Shown piece by piece: positions 19,429 to 29,742 of a stretch of 64,000 nucleotides of DNA. Under the pieces are notes generated by a model. The model was not told the origin of the DNA and searched no databases. It saw nothing but the letters and a program-made list of their open reading frames with translations. Source of the DNA: Spirochaetia bacterium (GTDB lineage: Bacteria > Spirochaetota > Spirochaetia > SZUA-6 > Bin103); contig OZ241863.1 in NCBI GenBank assembly GCA_965203055.1, positions 1,184,001 to 1,248,000 of the forward strand, written 5' to 3'. Every line of letters begins with the position of its first letter. Positions within the stretch are counted from its first letter, which is position 1. The position numbers and the translations under genes were made by a program.

Positions 19429-20424
19429 TCAGGGTGCGGGGCGGGGGACGGAGAGGGCCTGGGGATTGAGCAGGTTGGGAGGGCGTTCGCCGTCCAGGCA
19501 GGCGATGATGTTGGCCACGCACACCTCCACCGCGCGGCGCATCGCCACGGTGGTGCTGCTGCCGACGTGCGGCGCGAGGATGACGTTCTCCAGGGTCAGC
19601 AGCGGGCTGTCCGGCGCCAGCGGTTCTTCTTCGAACACGTCGAGGGCGGCGCCGGCCAGATGGCCGCGGCGCAGCGCTTCGATCAACGCGGCTTCATCCA
19701 CTACCGGTCCGCGGCTGGTATTGACCAGGTAGCTGCCGCGCCGCATGCGCGCCAGTTGCGGCGCGCCGATCAGACCGCGCGTCCGTTCCGTCAGGGGAAC
19801 GTGCAGGCTCACCACGTCGCCGGCGCCGAGAATCTGTTCGACCGGGGCCAGCGTGACGCCGTCGCGCCGCGCCTGGGCGGGGCTCAGCGAGCGGCTGAAG
19901 GCCAGCACCTTCATGCCGTGGGCCAGGGCGCGTTGCGCCACGCCGCGGCCGATGTTGCCGTAGCCGATGATGCCCAGCGTCATGGCGTCCAACCCCGGCG
20001 CCAGGAACAGCTCGCGGCGGGTCCAGTTGCCGGCGCGCACCGCGCGGTCGGCCACCACGATGCGGCGTACCAGCGCGGTGATCAGGCCCATGGCGAAGTT
20101 GGCGGTGGCGACGTGCATCACCGGCGCATTGGTCACCAGCACGCCGCGCGCGCTGGCCGCGGCCAGATCGACCGAGTTGTAGCCCATCCCGTCGCGCGTC
20201 ACCAGGCGCAGCTCCGGCAGAGCGGCGAACACCGCCGCGTCGTAGGTCTCGCTGCTGGCGATCACCGCGTTGGCGCCGGCGGCCGCGGCGAGCAATTCGG
20301 CGTCCGTCACGCAACGGCCCACGATTGGCCCGAACGTGACGCGGGCGCGCCCGCGCAGCGGCTCCAACGCCGGCGTGATCAGCTCACGGTCATATTCGGT
20401 GGTGACGCAAACGGTAAACGGCAC
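19429..20424 (-). CDS. D-2-hydroxyacid dehydrogenase (phosphoglycerate dehydrogenase-like)
   Basis: 'GIIGYGNIG', 'VNTSRGPVVDE', 'ALDVFEEEP', 'PHVGS'. Confidence 0.92.
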   Translation of the reverse strand: MPFTVCVTTEYDRELITPALEPLRGRARVTFGPIVGRCVTDAELLAAAAGANAVIASSETYDAAVFAALPELRLVTRDGMGYNSVDLAAASARGVLVTNAPVMHVATANFAMGLITALVRRIVVADRAVRAGNWTRRELFLAPGLDAMTLGIIGYGNIGRGVAQRALAHGMKVLAFSRSLSPAQARRDGVTLAPVEQILGAGDVVSLHVPLTERTRGLIGAPQLARMRRGSYLVNTSRGPVVDEAALIEALRRGHLAGAALDVFEEEPLAPDSPLLTLENVILAPHVGSSTTVAMRRAVEVCVANIIACLDGERPPNLLNPQALSVPRPAP

Positions 20425-20446
20425 GGGGCGCTTCTCGCCGGGTCTG

Positions 20447-20914
20447 CTACTGCGCGCTCGTTGGCACGACCCGAATGCGAATCTTGAAGCCGTTGAAGAC
20501 CCTGAGGGCGCCTGCCATTTCGGCGCCGGTCAGGTCGGCTGTTGCAATGAGCCTCACGTATCCCTCCCGTACCTCATAGGTCAACGTCAAGGAAGCGGAA
20601 CGTTTTGGCTCGCTGTCGGGAATAGAGCCGTGGCCCGTGTAAGGGAATGGTCCCCAGGTGTCTGATGTTCGGTCCTGCAGTTGGGCCGTTATCACGGCGT
20701 CCTTCACGTCGGCTGCCGTAATGGCGACCTTGTGGTCGGCAATTGCAAATGTCGTCTCTGGGCGTTCGAAGACGTCGAAGTCCTCGGCGTCCAGCGTAAT
20801 CAGGTAGGTCTTGCTCGCCGGCGCCCCCCCTCTCAGTTGGCAAGCGCCCAACAGGAGCATTGAAGCGACGAACAGGCCCACGATGGTGGTTCCAACTATG
20901 CGATGATGAATCAC
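20447..20914 (-). CDS. Hypothetical lipoprotein
   Basis: GGAGG RBS, GTG start, hydrophobic signal ending in lipobox 'LLGAC'; upstream TGcTACACT extended -10. Confidence 0.7.
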   Translation of the reverse strand: MIHHRIVGTTIVGLFVASMLLLGACQLRGGAPASKTYLITLDAEDFDVFERPETTFAIADHKVAITAADVKDAVITAQLQDRTSDTWGPFPYTGHGSIPDSEPKRSASLTLTYEVREGYVRLIATADLTGAEMAGALRVFNGFKIRIRVVPTSAQ

Positions 20915-21032
20915 GCAGTTCCTCCCGTGCCCGGTAGTGTAGCACCGTATCGGCCGTGCTACCATGGCCCGCACCGATGAACGGGTTCGACCAATGGCCG
21001 CGGCCGGCGCCGCGCCGGACGGGGAGCTGGCG

Positions 21033-22313
21033 ATGCCTCCCGTAGCCCGCGTCAAGGGGACGCAGGATTTCTATCCCGAGGCCTGGGCGCAGCAGGTGGC
21101 GTTGCGCGAGATCATGTTGGCCGCCGGGCGCGCCTACGGCTACCGGGAGTATGAAGGTCCGGTCCTCGAATACCTGGATCTCTACCTGGGCAAGAGCAGC
21201 GACGAGATCATCGCCCGCCAGACGTTCCGCATCCGGGACCGCGACGGCAAGGCGCTGTTGCTGCGGCCCGAGCTCACGCCCACCCTGGCGCGGATGATCG
21301 CCGCGCGCGAACGCGAGGTGACGCTGCCGGCGCGCTGGCAGTCGTTCGGCCAGTTCTTCCGCTACGAGCGCCCCCAGCGCGGGCGCGGGCGCTCCTTCTA
21401 CCAATGGAACGTCGATCTGCTCGGCAGCGAGAGTCCGGTGGCCGACGCCGAGGTGATTCTGGTGGCCTGCGAGCTGTTGCGCGCGCTCGGCCTGACACCC
21501 GCTGACGTGCGGGTCCGCGTCAACGACCGCGCCGACCTGGAGCAGGCCCTCACCGGGGCCCTGGGGGTTGCCGCGGAGCAGGTGCGCGGCGTGCTGCAGG
21601 TGATCGACCGGCTGGACAAGGTGGGCGCCGAGCGCGCCCGCGGCCAGCTTGCCGAGCTGGGGCTCGGGGCAGGGCAGGCGCAGGAGGTGGTGGCGTACGT
21701 CGGCGCGCCAAGCCAGGCGCCGCCGGCGCGCCTGGCGGCGGTAATGGAGCAGGTGGCAATTGCCGGCCAGGAGGCCTGGGTCGAGGTGGACCGCTCCATC
21801 GCGCGCGGCTTCGACTACTACACCGGCACCGTGTTCGAGGCGTGGGCGACCGGCGCGCTGCGGCGGGCGATCTTCGGCGGCGGGCGCTACGACGACCTTA
21901 CCCGTCAGGTGGGCGGCAAGCAGCGCGTTCCCGGGGTGGGCATGGCGGTGGGCGACCTGGCGCTGCTGGAGCTGCTGCGGGCGCTGGAGCGGCTGCCGGC
22001 GCCGGCGGGCGGCGGCCCGGCGGCGGTGGTGACGGTGTTCGGGCCGGAGCAGCAACCGGCCTCGGCGCGCTTGGCGGACGGCCTGCGCCGGCGCGGCGTG
22101 GCGGTGGAACTGTGGCTGGACGCCGGCCAGCGGCTGGAACGCCAGTTGAAGCATGCCGACCGCGTGGGCGCCCGCTTCGCATTGATCGTGGGGCCCGACG
22201 AGGCGGCCGCGGGGACGGTGGTAGTCAAGGATCTGCAGCAGCGCGCGCAGGAGCGCCGCCCGGCCGGCGACCTGGACGCGCTGGCGGCGCAGCTTCGCGC
22301 CGCGCCCGGCTGA
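21033..22313 (+). CDS. hisS: Histidine--tRNA ligase
   Basis: 'VKGTQDFYP', 'LRPELTP', 'FRYERPQRGR', 'RGFDYYTG', 'GGGRYDDL', anticodon-binding domain; start at RBS-preceded ATG 21033. Confidence 0.95.
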   Translation: MPPVARVKGTQDFYPEAWAQQVALREIMLAAGRAYGYREYEGPVLEYLDLYLGKSSDEIIARQTFRIRDRDGKALLLRPELTPTLARMIAAREREVTLPARWQSFGQFFRYERPQRGRGRSFYQWNVDLLGSESPVADAEVILVACELLRALGLTPADVRVRVNDRADLEQALTGALGVAAEQVRGVLQVIDRLDKVGAERARGQLAELGLGAGQAQEVVAYVGAPSQAPPARLAAVMEQVAIAGQEAWVEVDRSIARGFDYYTGTVFEAWATGALRRAIFGGGRYDDLTRQVGGKQRVPGVGMAVGDLALLELLRALERLPAPAGGGPAAVVTVFGPEQQPASARLADGLRRRGVAVELWLDAGQRLERQLKHADRVGARFALIVGPDEAAAGTVVVKDLQQRAQERRPAGDLDALAAQLRAAPG

Positions 22314-22325
22314 CCGCGGCAGCGC

Positions 22326-22970
22326 AGTGAGTGGCGGCCGGCCTTCAACACCGAGGCGGGGCTCGCCGCCATGCAGTTCTACGTCGACCTGCTCAATACC
22401 GACATGGTAGCCGATCCCGCCTCCACCACCTGGGACGTGGGCGACAAGCTCGGCCCGGTGCTGGAAGGCCGCACCGCGGTGGTGTGGGACTGGACCCACG
22501 TAGCCATGCTGTCGTTGCGCGAGGATCAGTCCAAGGTGGTCGGCAAGTTGGGCTGGACCACCATGCCGGTGGCGGAAGAGGGAATGACGCCCTACACCAT
22601 GGACGACTACTGGGTGTGGTCGATCGGTTCGGCGAGCCGCCACAAGCAGGCCGTGTACGACTTCATTCGCTGGCAGGTGAGCCGGGAGAATGACGCGCTG
22701 ACCTACACCAAGGGCAGCGGCGTCGGCGTGCGCTACGACAACTACCGCGATTCCGAGATGATCGAGCAGTTCCCGTTCGTGACCGGCATCGAAGAGGCGT
22801 TGTCGGTGAACTACTTCACCCCGCCGAAGATTCCGGAATATGCCCAGGTGAACGACGTGATCGGCTTGGCCATGTCGGAGGTGATCGCGGGTCGGAAGGA
22901 CGCGCGGACGGCGTTGAACGAAGCCGAGGAGAAGGTCGATCAGATCATGCGCAAGGCCGGCTACTATTAG
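22326..22970 (+). pseudogene. 5'-truncated carbohydrate ABC solute-binding protein
   Basis: Only the C-terminal ~200 aa of an SBP ('WRPAFNTEAGLAAMQFYVDL...ALNEAEEKVDQIMRKAGYY'); no signal peptide; begins right after the hisS stop. Confidence 0.7.
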
Positions 22971-23006
22971 ACTGAGGCGCCACGCGGCTTACGCGGCTGA
23001 CGCGAC

Positions 23007-23945
23007 GTGAACCGCAGCGCAGCGTCCCGTTCCCCGCCGGCCGCGCCGCCGGCGCCGGCCGCGCGCCGGCGGCCGCTGTTCTCCATCCATCCCGCGAAGC
23101 GCGTGCCGCTGCTGATGATGCTGCCGGCGTTGATCGTGCTGGTCGGGGTCGGCGTGTTCCCGCTCGGCAACTCGCTGCGGCTGGCGATGTCGCGCTGGAC
23201 GCTGACCAAGGATCCGGCGCCGGTGTTCGCCGGGGCCGAGAACATCCGCGAGATGCTCGCCGACCCCCGCTTCGGCCGCTCGCTGCAGGCGACCACCGTG
23301 TTCACGGTGGGGGCGGTGAGCAGCGAATTGGTGGTGGGGCTGGCGCTGGCGCTGCTGCTGGCGCCGCGGCGCCGCTTCACCGGGGTGGCCCGCACCATCC
23401 TGCTGATCCCGATGATGATGACGCCGGTAGTGGTGAGCATGTACTGGCGCTACATGCTGAACGGGGAGTTCGGCGTGGTGAAGTACCTGCTGTCCCTGGC
23501 CGGCATCGACGCGCCAATCTGGACCGGCAAAGTGGCGTGGGCGATGCCCACCATCATCGCCATCGACGCCTGGCAGTGGACCCCGTTCGTATACCTCATC
23601 CTGCTCGCCGGGCTGCAGAGTCTGCCGCTGGACGTGATGGAGGCGGCGCGGATCGACGGCGCCTCCAACTGGCAGCGGTTCTGGCGCATCACCCTGCCGT
23701 TGCTGACGCCGTTCATCTACATCGCCGCGCTGTTGCGCTTCATGGACGCGTTCCGCTCCTTCGACATCGTCTTCGTGCTGACCGGCGGCGGCCCGGCCGA
23801 CAGCACGCTGCTGGCGAGCATGTACGTCTACATGCAGGGGTTGCGCTTCTTCAACATGGGCTACGCCGCGGCGCTGTCGTACGTGATCGTGCTGATCGTG
23901 CTGGCCGCCGCGTACGTCTTCATCCGCCTGGAGCGGGAGCCCTAG
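23007..23945 (+). CDS. Carbohydrate ABC transporter permease
   Basis: EAA loop 'EAARIDGAS', 'WQWTPF', 'LTGGGP'. Confidence 0.93.
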   Translation: MNRSAASRSPPAAPPAPAARRRPLFSIHPAKRVPLLMMLPALIVLVGVGVFPLGNSLRLAMSRWTLTKDPAPVFAGAENIREMLADPRFGRSLQATTVFTVGAVSSELVVGLALALLLAPRRRFTGVARTILLIPMMMTPVVVSMYWRYMLNGEFGVVKYLLSLAGIDAPIWTGKVAWAMPTIIAIDAWQWTPFVYLILLAGLQSLPLDVMEAARIDGASNWQRFWRITLPLLTPFIYIAALLRFMDAFRSFDIVFVLTGGGPADSTLLASMYVYMQGLRFFNMGYAAALSYVIVLIVLAAAYVFIRLEREP

Positions 23946-23948
23946 ACG

Positions 23949-24764
23949 ATGCGCAAACGGCTCGCCGTCGGGCTGCAGAACGCGGCCATCTTCCTGGTGC
24001 TGATCGTGGTGACGTTTCCCTTCCTGTGGGTATTTCTCGCCTCCTTCAAGCCGAAGCAGGAGGTGTACGCCTATCCGCCGAAGTTCATCTTCCGGCCCAC
24101 CTTCGAGAACTACACCCAGGCGCTGATCAGGGAGCGGTTCTACACCCACTTCATCGACTCCGCGGTGGTCACGGTGGCGAGTACTTCGGTGGCGCTGGTG
24201 GCCGGCTCGCTGGTTGCCTACGGCATCGCCCGCCACCGCCTCGGCGGCACGCCGTTTCGCTTCTTCCTGCTCGCCATGCGCACCCTGCCGGCCATTGCGA
24301 TCGTGATTCCGATCTATACGATGTTTCGCGAGCTCCGGCTGCTCGACACCTACTGGGCGCTGATCCTGGTCTATCCGGTATACATGACGCCGCTGGTGGC
24401 GTGGATCATGGTCGGCTTCTTCCGCGAGATTCCGCGCGAGATGGAGGAAGCGGCGTTGATAGACGGCTGCTCGCAATGGGGATTGTTCTGGCGCGTGGTG
24501 GTGCCGGTTGCCGCCCCCGGTCTGGTGGCGGTGGCGATTCTCAACTTCATCGGCGGCTGGAACGAGTTCCTGTTCTCGCTGATCCTCACCAGCCGCAACA
24601 TCCAGACCACGCCGGTGGCGGCGGCCGGATTCTCCACCAACAAGGGCATTCTGTGGGGCGAAATGGCCGCCGTGGGCGTCACCGCTTCGATACCGGTAAT
24701 CGTCTTCGCCCTGATCGTGCAGAAGCGGCTGGTACGCGGGCTGACCCTCGGCGCCGTGCAGTAA
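23949..24764 (+). CDS. Carbohydrate ABC transporter permease
   Basis: 'EEAALIDGCS', 'WNEFLFSLIL', 'GLTLGAV'. Confidence 0.93.
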   Translation: MRKRLAVGLQNAAIFLVLIVVTFPFLWVFLASFKPKQEVYAYPPKFIFRPTFENYTQALIRERFYTHFIDSAVVTVASTSVALVAGSLVAYGIARHRLGGTPFRFFLLAMRTLPAIAIVIPIYTMFRELRLLDTYWALILVYPVYMTPLVAWIMVGFFREIPREMEEAALIDGCSQWGLFWRVVVPVAAPGLVAVAILNFIGGWNEFLFSLILTSRNIQTTPVAAAGFSTNKGILWGEMAAVGVTASIPVIVFALIVQKRLVRGLTLGAVQ

Positions 24765-24837
24765 CTCCGGCGCCATACGCGGCGGGCCGCGCGCCGGCCG
24801 CGCCTTCGCGCAGTTCGGCCGCGCCGTCCGAGTTGAT

Positions 24838-24866
24838 TTGACTCTGGCGGGCGCAAACGGTATATT
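24838..24866 (+). promoter_or_regulatory. Sigma70-type promoter for the second ABC operon
   Basis: TTGACT-N17-TATATT directly upstream of the SBP gene. Confidence 0.7.
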
Positions 24867-24876
24867 CGCCCGCGCT

Positions 24877-26151
24877 ATGCAATCATGTCATTACCGCAGG
24901 AAGCCCCTGCGGACCGTTCTGCAAGTGCTGCTGGTGTTCGCGGTGGCGCTGGGCGCCGGCGTGTCGCTCTACGCCAACGGAGAGGGAGAGGACTCGCGCC
25001 GGCTGGTCATCAATTCCAACCTGTCCGACCCGGCTCCCAAGGCCGACTTGGCGGAAGCGGTGGAGATGTTCCGGGCGGAGTACCCGGACATCGAGGTGGA
25101 GTTGAATACGTTCGATCACGAGGCGTACAAGACCGCCATTCGCAACTTCCTGGCTACCGAGCCGCCCGACGTGGCGCTCTGGTTTGCCGGCAACCGGATG
25201 AAGTTCTTCGTCGATCAAGGCATGTTCGAGGACGTGAGCGACGTGTGGGCGGACAACGGCCTGTACGATTCCATGGCCTCTTCGGTGGCCTCGATGACGG
25301 TGGACGGCAAGCAGTACGGCGTGCCCTATTCCTATTACCAGTGGGGCGTCTATTACCGTACCGACCTGTTCGAACAGGTCGGCGCCGAGGTGCCGGAAGA
25401 CTGGGACCAGTTCCTGGACGTGGCGGCGAAGCTGAAGGCGGCCGGGATCACCCCGGTTACCATCGGGACCAAGTTTCTGTGGACGGCGGCCGGCTGGTTC
25501 GATTACCTCAACCTGCGGATCAACGGCCTCGACTACCACATCTCGCTGACCGACGGTGAGGCTTCCTACCTCGACCCGGAGCTGGACGCAGTGTTCGCCG
25601 CGTGGCGCGAGCTGCTGGATCGGGGATACTTCCTGCAGAATCACGCGACCTATTCCTGGCAGGAGGCGCAGGCGCCGTTGATCAACGGCAGCGCCGCGAT
25701 GTACCTCATCGGCAACTTCATAGTCCCCGACCTGGAGAACGCGGGCGTGGTGGACAACGTCGGCTACTTCCAGTTCCCGATCATCAATCCTGACGCCGGC
25801 GTGTACGAAGACGCGCCCACCGACACGTTCCACATCCCGGCGGGCGCCGAAAACAAGGATACGGCGCGCCTGTTTCTGGCATTCATCGCCCGTCCCGACG
25901 TCCAGGTGGTGCTGACCTCCGGCTCGCTGCCGCCCAACAACCAGTCGCCGGCGCCCACCGACCGCTTCAAGCGCACCGGCTTCCAGGTGCTGAGCGACGC
26001 CGACGGTCTGGCGCAGTTCTACGACCGGGACACCCATCCCGAGATGGCCGCCACCGGCATGGAGGGGTTCCAGGAATTCATGGTGAACCCCGACCGCCTG
26101 CCGGAGATCCGCGCCCGGCTCGAAGAAAAGCGGCTGCAGGTGTTCGGCTGA
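24877..26151 (+). CDS. Carbohydrate ABC solute-binding protein
   Basis: Signal peptide; 'DGKQYGVPYSYYQWGVYYRTDLF'; followed by two permeases; start uncertain. Confidence 0.92.
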   Translation: MQSCHYRRKPLRTVLQVLLVFAVALGAGVSLYANGEGEDSRRLVINSNLSDPAPKADLAEAVEMFRAEYPDIEVELNTFDHEAYKTAIRNFLATEPPDVALWFAGNRMKFFVDQGMFEDVSDVWADNGLYDSMASSVASMTVDGKQYGVPYSYYQWGVYYRTDLFEQVGAEVPEDWDQFLDVAAKLKAAGITPVTIGTKFLWTAAGWFDYLNLRINGLDYHISLTDGEASYLDPELDAVFAAWRELLDRGYFLQNHATYSWQEAQAPLINGSAAMYLIGNFIVPDLENAGVVDNVGYFQFPIINPDAGVYEDAPTDTFHIPAGAENKDTARLFLAFIARPDVQVVLTSGSLPPNNQSPAPTDRFKRTGFQVLSDADGLAQFYDRDTHPEMAATGMEGFQEFMVNPDRLPEIRARLEEKRLQVFG

Positions 26152-26177
26152 GCCGACGCCGCCGCACCGGGACGGCT

Positions 26178-27083
26178 GTGGCACGGGAGACTGACACCGG
26201 AGCGTACCGCGCGTACCGCTGGCTGCGCTGGCAGTATCGGTACGCTCCGGTGTACTTTCTCGCCCCGGCCGTGATCCTGTTCTCCCTCTTCGTACTGTGG
26301 CCGATTGCCCAGAGCCTGTGGCTCAGCCTGTTCGAATGGGGCGGCTTCGGGCCCAGGCAGTGGGTGGGGTTCGACAACTACCGCAACCTGGTCGCTGATC
26401 CGCGCTTTGCGGTGTCGTTGCGCAACAACGTTACCTGGCTGGTGCTGATGCTGCTCGCCCCGCTCGGCGGGTTGGCGGTGGCGCTGTTTCTCAACCAGCA
26501 GATCCCCGGTATCCGAATCTACAAATCGTTGTTCTTCTTTCCCTTCGTCGTCAACCTGGTGGTCGTAGGTCTGATATTCTCCTGGTTCTACAATCCCGAT
26601 CTCGGGTTGCTGGCCGAGCTCTTCCAGGTATTGGGGTTGACTCCGATTCCGATTCTCGCGGACGAGCGCCTGGCTACCTTGGGAATCATCTTCGCCGCTC
26701 TCTGGCCGCAGACTTCCTACTGCATGATTCTCTACCTTACCGGTCTCACCAGCATGGGGCCGAGTATCGTCGAGGCGGCGCGCATCGATGGCGCCGCCGG
26801 ATTCTTCATGCTGCGCCGCGTCATCCTGCCGCAGTTGCGCCCGGCGACCTTCATCGCCGTAGTCGTCACCATCGTCGGCGCGCTGCGCAGCTTCGACCTG
26901 GTCGCGATCATGACCGACGGCGGACCGTGGGGCAGCTCCTACGTGCTCGCCTTCCACATGTACAAAGAGGCGCTGTTCAACTTCAAGGTAGGCTACGGCG
27001 CCTCCATCGCCGTGGTTCTGTTCCTGGTGATGGTGGGCTTCATCGCCTGGTTTCTCTACCGCGTCGTCAAGGCGGAGCGTTAG
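26178..27083 (+). CDS. Carbohydrate ABC transporter permease
   Basis: 'WVGFDNY', 'EAARIDGA', 'MTDGGP'. Confidence 0.93.
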   Translation: MARETDTGAYRAYRWLRWQYRYAPVYFLAPAVILFSLFVLWPIAQSLWLSLFEWGGFGPRQWVGFDNYRNLVADPRFAVSLRNNVTWLVLMLLAPLGGLAVALFLNQQIPGIRIYKSLFFFPFVVNLVVVGLIFSWFYNPDLGLLAELFQVLGLTPIPILADERLATLGIIFAALWPQTSYCMILYLTGLTSMGPSIVEAARIDGAAGFFMLRRVILPQLRPATFIAVVVTIVGALRSFDLVAIMTDGGPWGSSYVLAFHMYKEALFNFKVGYGASIAVVLFLVMVGFIAWFLYRVVKAER

Positions 27084-27085
27084 CG

Positions 27086-27943
27086 CTGTTCCCCACGCCA
27101 ATCATCGAAACCTCCCCGGCAACGCGCGTCATCTATCGCGTGGCGGTGCCGGTCGCGCTGCTGTTGTGGCTGCTGCCGATGTTGGCGGTGCTGCTCACTT
27201 CGATTCGCTCGGGGGCCGACATCACCTCGGGCAACTACTGGGGCTGGCCCCGCGAGGTGCGGCTGCTGGAAAACTACGGCGAGGTGTTCAATCCGGCGCG
27301 CAGCCCCATGCTCCGCTACTTCCTGAACAGCGTGGTGATCACCTTGCCATCGATCGCGCTGGCGATCTTCATCAGCGCGATGGCCGGCTACTCGCTGGCG
27401 ATTCATCGCTTCCGCGGCCGAATTGCGCTGTTCGCGATGTTCATCGCCGGCAACTTCGTGCCATTTCAGATCCTGATGATTCCGGTGCGCAGCCTGTTCG
27501 CACGCCTCGATCTGCTCGACACGGTGTGGGCGTTGATCATCTTTCACACCGCGTTCCAGACCGGATTCGCGACCTTCTTCCTGCGCAACTTCATTGCCGA
27601 GCTGCCGTTCTCACTGGTGGAGTCGGCGCGCATCGAGGGAGCCACCGAACTCGGCATCTTCATCCGCATCATCATGCCGCTGATCCGGCCCGCGCTCGCC
27701 TCGCTGTCAGTGCTGCTGTTCACCTTCATATGGAACGACTTCTTCTGGGCGCTGACGCTCGTACAGAGCGATCAGGCGCGCCCGATCACGTTCGGCCTGC
27801 AAGCGCTGCGCGGCCAGTGGTCGATCGCCTGGAATCTGATCGCCGCCGGTTCGGTGGTGGCGGCCCTGCCGTCGGTGCTGGTGTTCTTCCTCATGCAACG
27901 GCAGTTCGTCGCCGGCCTCACGTTCGGCGGCGTCAAGGAGTGA
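27086..27943 (+). CDS. Carbohydrate ABC transporter permease
   Basis: 'ESARIEGA', 'WNDFFW'; probable CTG start ('xFPTPII') 8 nt after GGAG. Confidence 0.9.
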   Translation: MFPTPIIETSPATRVIYRVAVPVALLLWLLPMLAVLLTSIRSGADITSGNYWGWPREVRLLENYGEVFNPARSPMLRYFLNSVVITLPSIALAIFISAMAGYSLAIHRFRGRIALFAMFIAGNFVPFQILMIPVRSLFARLDLLDTVWALIIFHTAFQTGFATFFLRNFIAELPFSLVESARIEGATELGIFIRIIMPLIRPALASLSVLLFTFIWNDFFWALTLVQSDQARPITFGLQALRGQWSIAWNLIAAGSVVAALPSVLVFFLMQRQFVAGLTFGGVKE

Positions 27944-29717
27944 CCTGGGCGGTCGGGACCTCGGCGCCGCGCACCTCTGCGCCGTGAACCAGTTCCCAGC
28001 CGCGGAACACCAGCGCCAGCCCCTTGAACACCGCCTCCGGGTGCCGGCGCGCCAGCCGGCGGTCCGTCAGGTAGCGGCGCGCCTGCGCCTCCGCGGCGGC
28101 GGCCTGCGCCGCTGCCTGCGCCTGCGTTGCGCTGCGGGGCAGGTACTTCAGCTCAACCACGTAGCCGTAGCGCATGCCCGGATAGCGCGCCGGGCGCGGT
28201 TCCAGCACGAGGTCGGCGTAGCCCTTGGCCAACTCCATCTCGGTATGCAAGACGAAGTAGGGGGAGATGCTCAGGTAGGCGGCCACGAAGCCCTGCAGCA
28301 TCTTCTCGCCCTGCAGGTAGTCGCGCACGCCGGTCTGCTCCGCGATCGCCGCGCTCAGCCGCTCCAGCGCCGGCCGCCACTCCCCCTGCAGCGCCATGCG
28401 CCGCGCCAGCCGGTCGAACGTCACCAGATCGAGCGAGAACACGCCCACGTCCCGGTAGGCGTCGCGCAGGTAGCCGTACATCAGCCGCCGCACCGTCTGG
28501 TTGGGGATGCCGAGCCGCGGCGTTTCGACCGTCGCGCCGCGGATGCTCAACAGGCCGAAGTAGTGCAGCAGCGACAGGAAGTTCTCCCGCTCGGCGAGGC
28601 GTTCCAGCGGGAAGCTGTCTACGATCTCGCAGTCGGCGCGCCCTTCGGAGATCACCTCGCGCAGCAGGTCGAAGTTGCCGTTCAACTGACGGCCGACGGT
28701 GAGCAGGTGGCGCAGCTTGCCGTAGTCGATGCGCACGTTGGCGTCGATCAGGTTGTCGGGACCCGGCTTGTTGGGCAGCGACCAGGAGAGGTAGTAGAGC
28801 ACCATGTCGGTGTTGTAGACGACGTTGGGGGCGGCGGGGGCGAAGCGGTAGCCGTCGTACCACTCGCGCATCGTGTCGAGGGCGGCGTCGGGGTCCTGGT
28901 CGAAGACTCCGAGGCCGCGGTAGGTATGCAGCATGTCCCGCACTTCGGGTTCGGTGAAGCCGAGCATCTCGTTGAATTCGGGACGCAGGCTGAGGTTGGC
29001 GCCGATGTTGAAGCCGCTGGTGACGTCGTCCATGGTGACCGGGGAGACGCCGGTGACGAACAGGCGTTCGATGCAGCCGGACTCGGCGGTGCCGGCCTTG
29101 AGCATGGCGAAGAAGTTGCGGTAGAAGCCGCCGCCGTGGGTGAAGGAGTGGTAGGCTTCGGCGCCCTGCTCGGCCAGGATGGTATTGGCGAAGTTGTCGT
29201 ACTCATCGATCAGCACGTAGAGCGGGATGCCGCGGGCGTCCGCATACAGGAACAACGCGTCGAGTTTGCCGTCGATCGACGGCGCGGCGAGGATTCGCTC
29301 CGCGCTCTTCTCGTCGAACAGATCGGGATTGCGCAGCAGCGCGTCCTCAACGTGGCGGGCGCAGTAACCCTCGAAGTGTTCCTCCAACGTGGGCAGTGCC
29401 TGCTTGAACGCCGAGAAGTCGAAGTAGATTACGACGTAGCGGCTCCGGTTGGCGGTCGGCTGGCGGCCGATGTCGGTGCCGGCGAAGACAGCTTCATAGT
29501 CCTTGGCCCGGGCGCGGTTGTAGTAGGCGTTCAGCATGGTCAGCCACAGCGTCTTGCCAAAGCGCCGCGGGCGGATGAAGAACGCATAGCGCTCCTGCTC
29601 CAGGGCGCGGATGAAGCGGGTCTTGTCCACGTAGAGGCAGCGGTCGAGGCGGATGCTGCGGAAGTTGCCGCGCCCGTAGGGGATCGCCGGGAACGGCGTG
29701 GGATCAGGAGCGGTCAT
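27933..29717 (-). CDS. AAA-ATPase-like plus PD-(D/E)xK nuclease protein, copy 1
   Basis: 'YVDKT', 'RPRRFGKT', 'LIDEYD', 'WYDGYRF', 'GYADL...VVELKY'. Confidence 0.9.
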   Translation of the reverse strand: MTAPDPTPFPAIPYGRGNFRSIRLDRCLYVDKTRFIRALEQERYAFFIRPRRFGKTLWLTMLNAYYNRARAKDYEAVFAGTDIGRQPTANRSRYVVIYFDFSAFKQALPTLEEHFEGYCARHVEDALLRNPDLFDEKSAERILAAPSIDGKLDALFLYADARGIPLYVLIDEYDNFANTILAEQGAEAYHSFTHGGGFYRNFFAMLKAGTAESGCIERLFVTGVSPVTMDDVTSGFNIGANLSLRPEFNEMLGFTEPEVRDMLHTYRGLGVFDQDPDAALDTMREWYDGYRFAPAAPNVVYNTDMVLYYLSWSLPNKPGPDNLIDANVRIDYGKLRHLLTVGRQLNGNFDLLREVISEGRADCEIVDSFPLERLAERENFLSLLHYFGLLSIRGATVETPRLGIPNQTVRRLMYGYLRDAYRDVGVFSLDLVTFDRLARRMALQGEWRPALERLSAAIAEQTGVRDYLQGEKMLQGFVAAYLSISPYFVLHTEMELAKGYADLVLEPRPARYPGMRYGYVVELKYLPRSATQAQAAAQAAAAEAQARRYLTDRRLARRHPEAVFKGLALVFRGWELVHGAEVRGAEVPTAQVTP

Positions 29718-29742
29718 CGATGCGGACGCACGAGCCATGCGG

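Noticed and set aside
20964..20966. ATG 20964 as the hisS start
   Set aside because: It lies inside a TGcTACCAT extended -10; the RBS-preceded ATG 21033 fits the family N-terminus better
22311..22313. Selenocysteine or read-through fusion of hisS to the binding-protein fragment
   Set aside because: hisS is complete at this stop, no convincing SECIS was seen, and in-frame placement has a one-in-three chance
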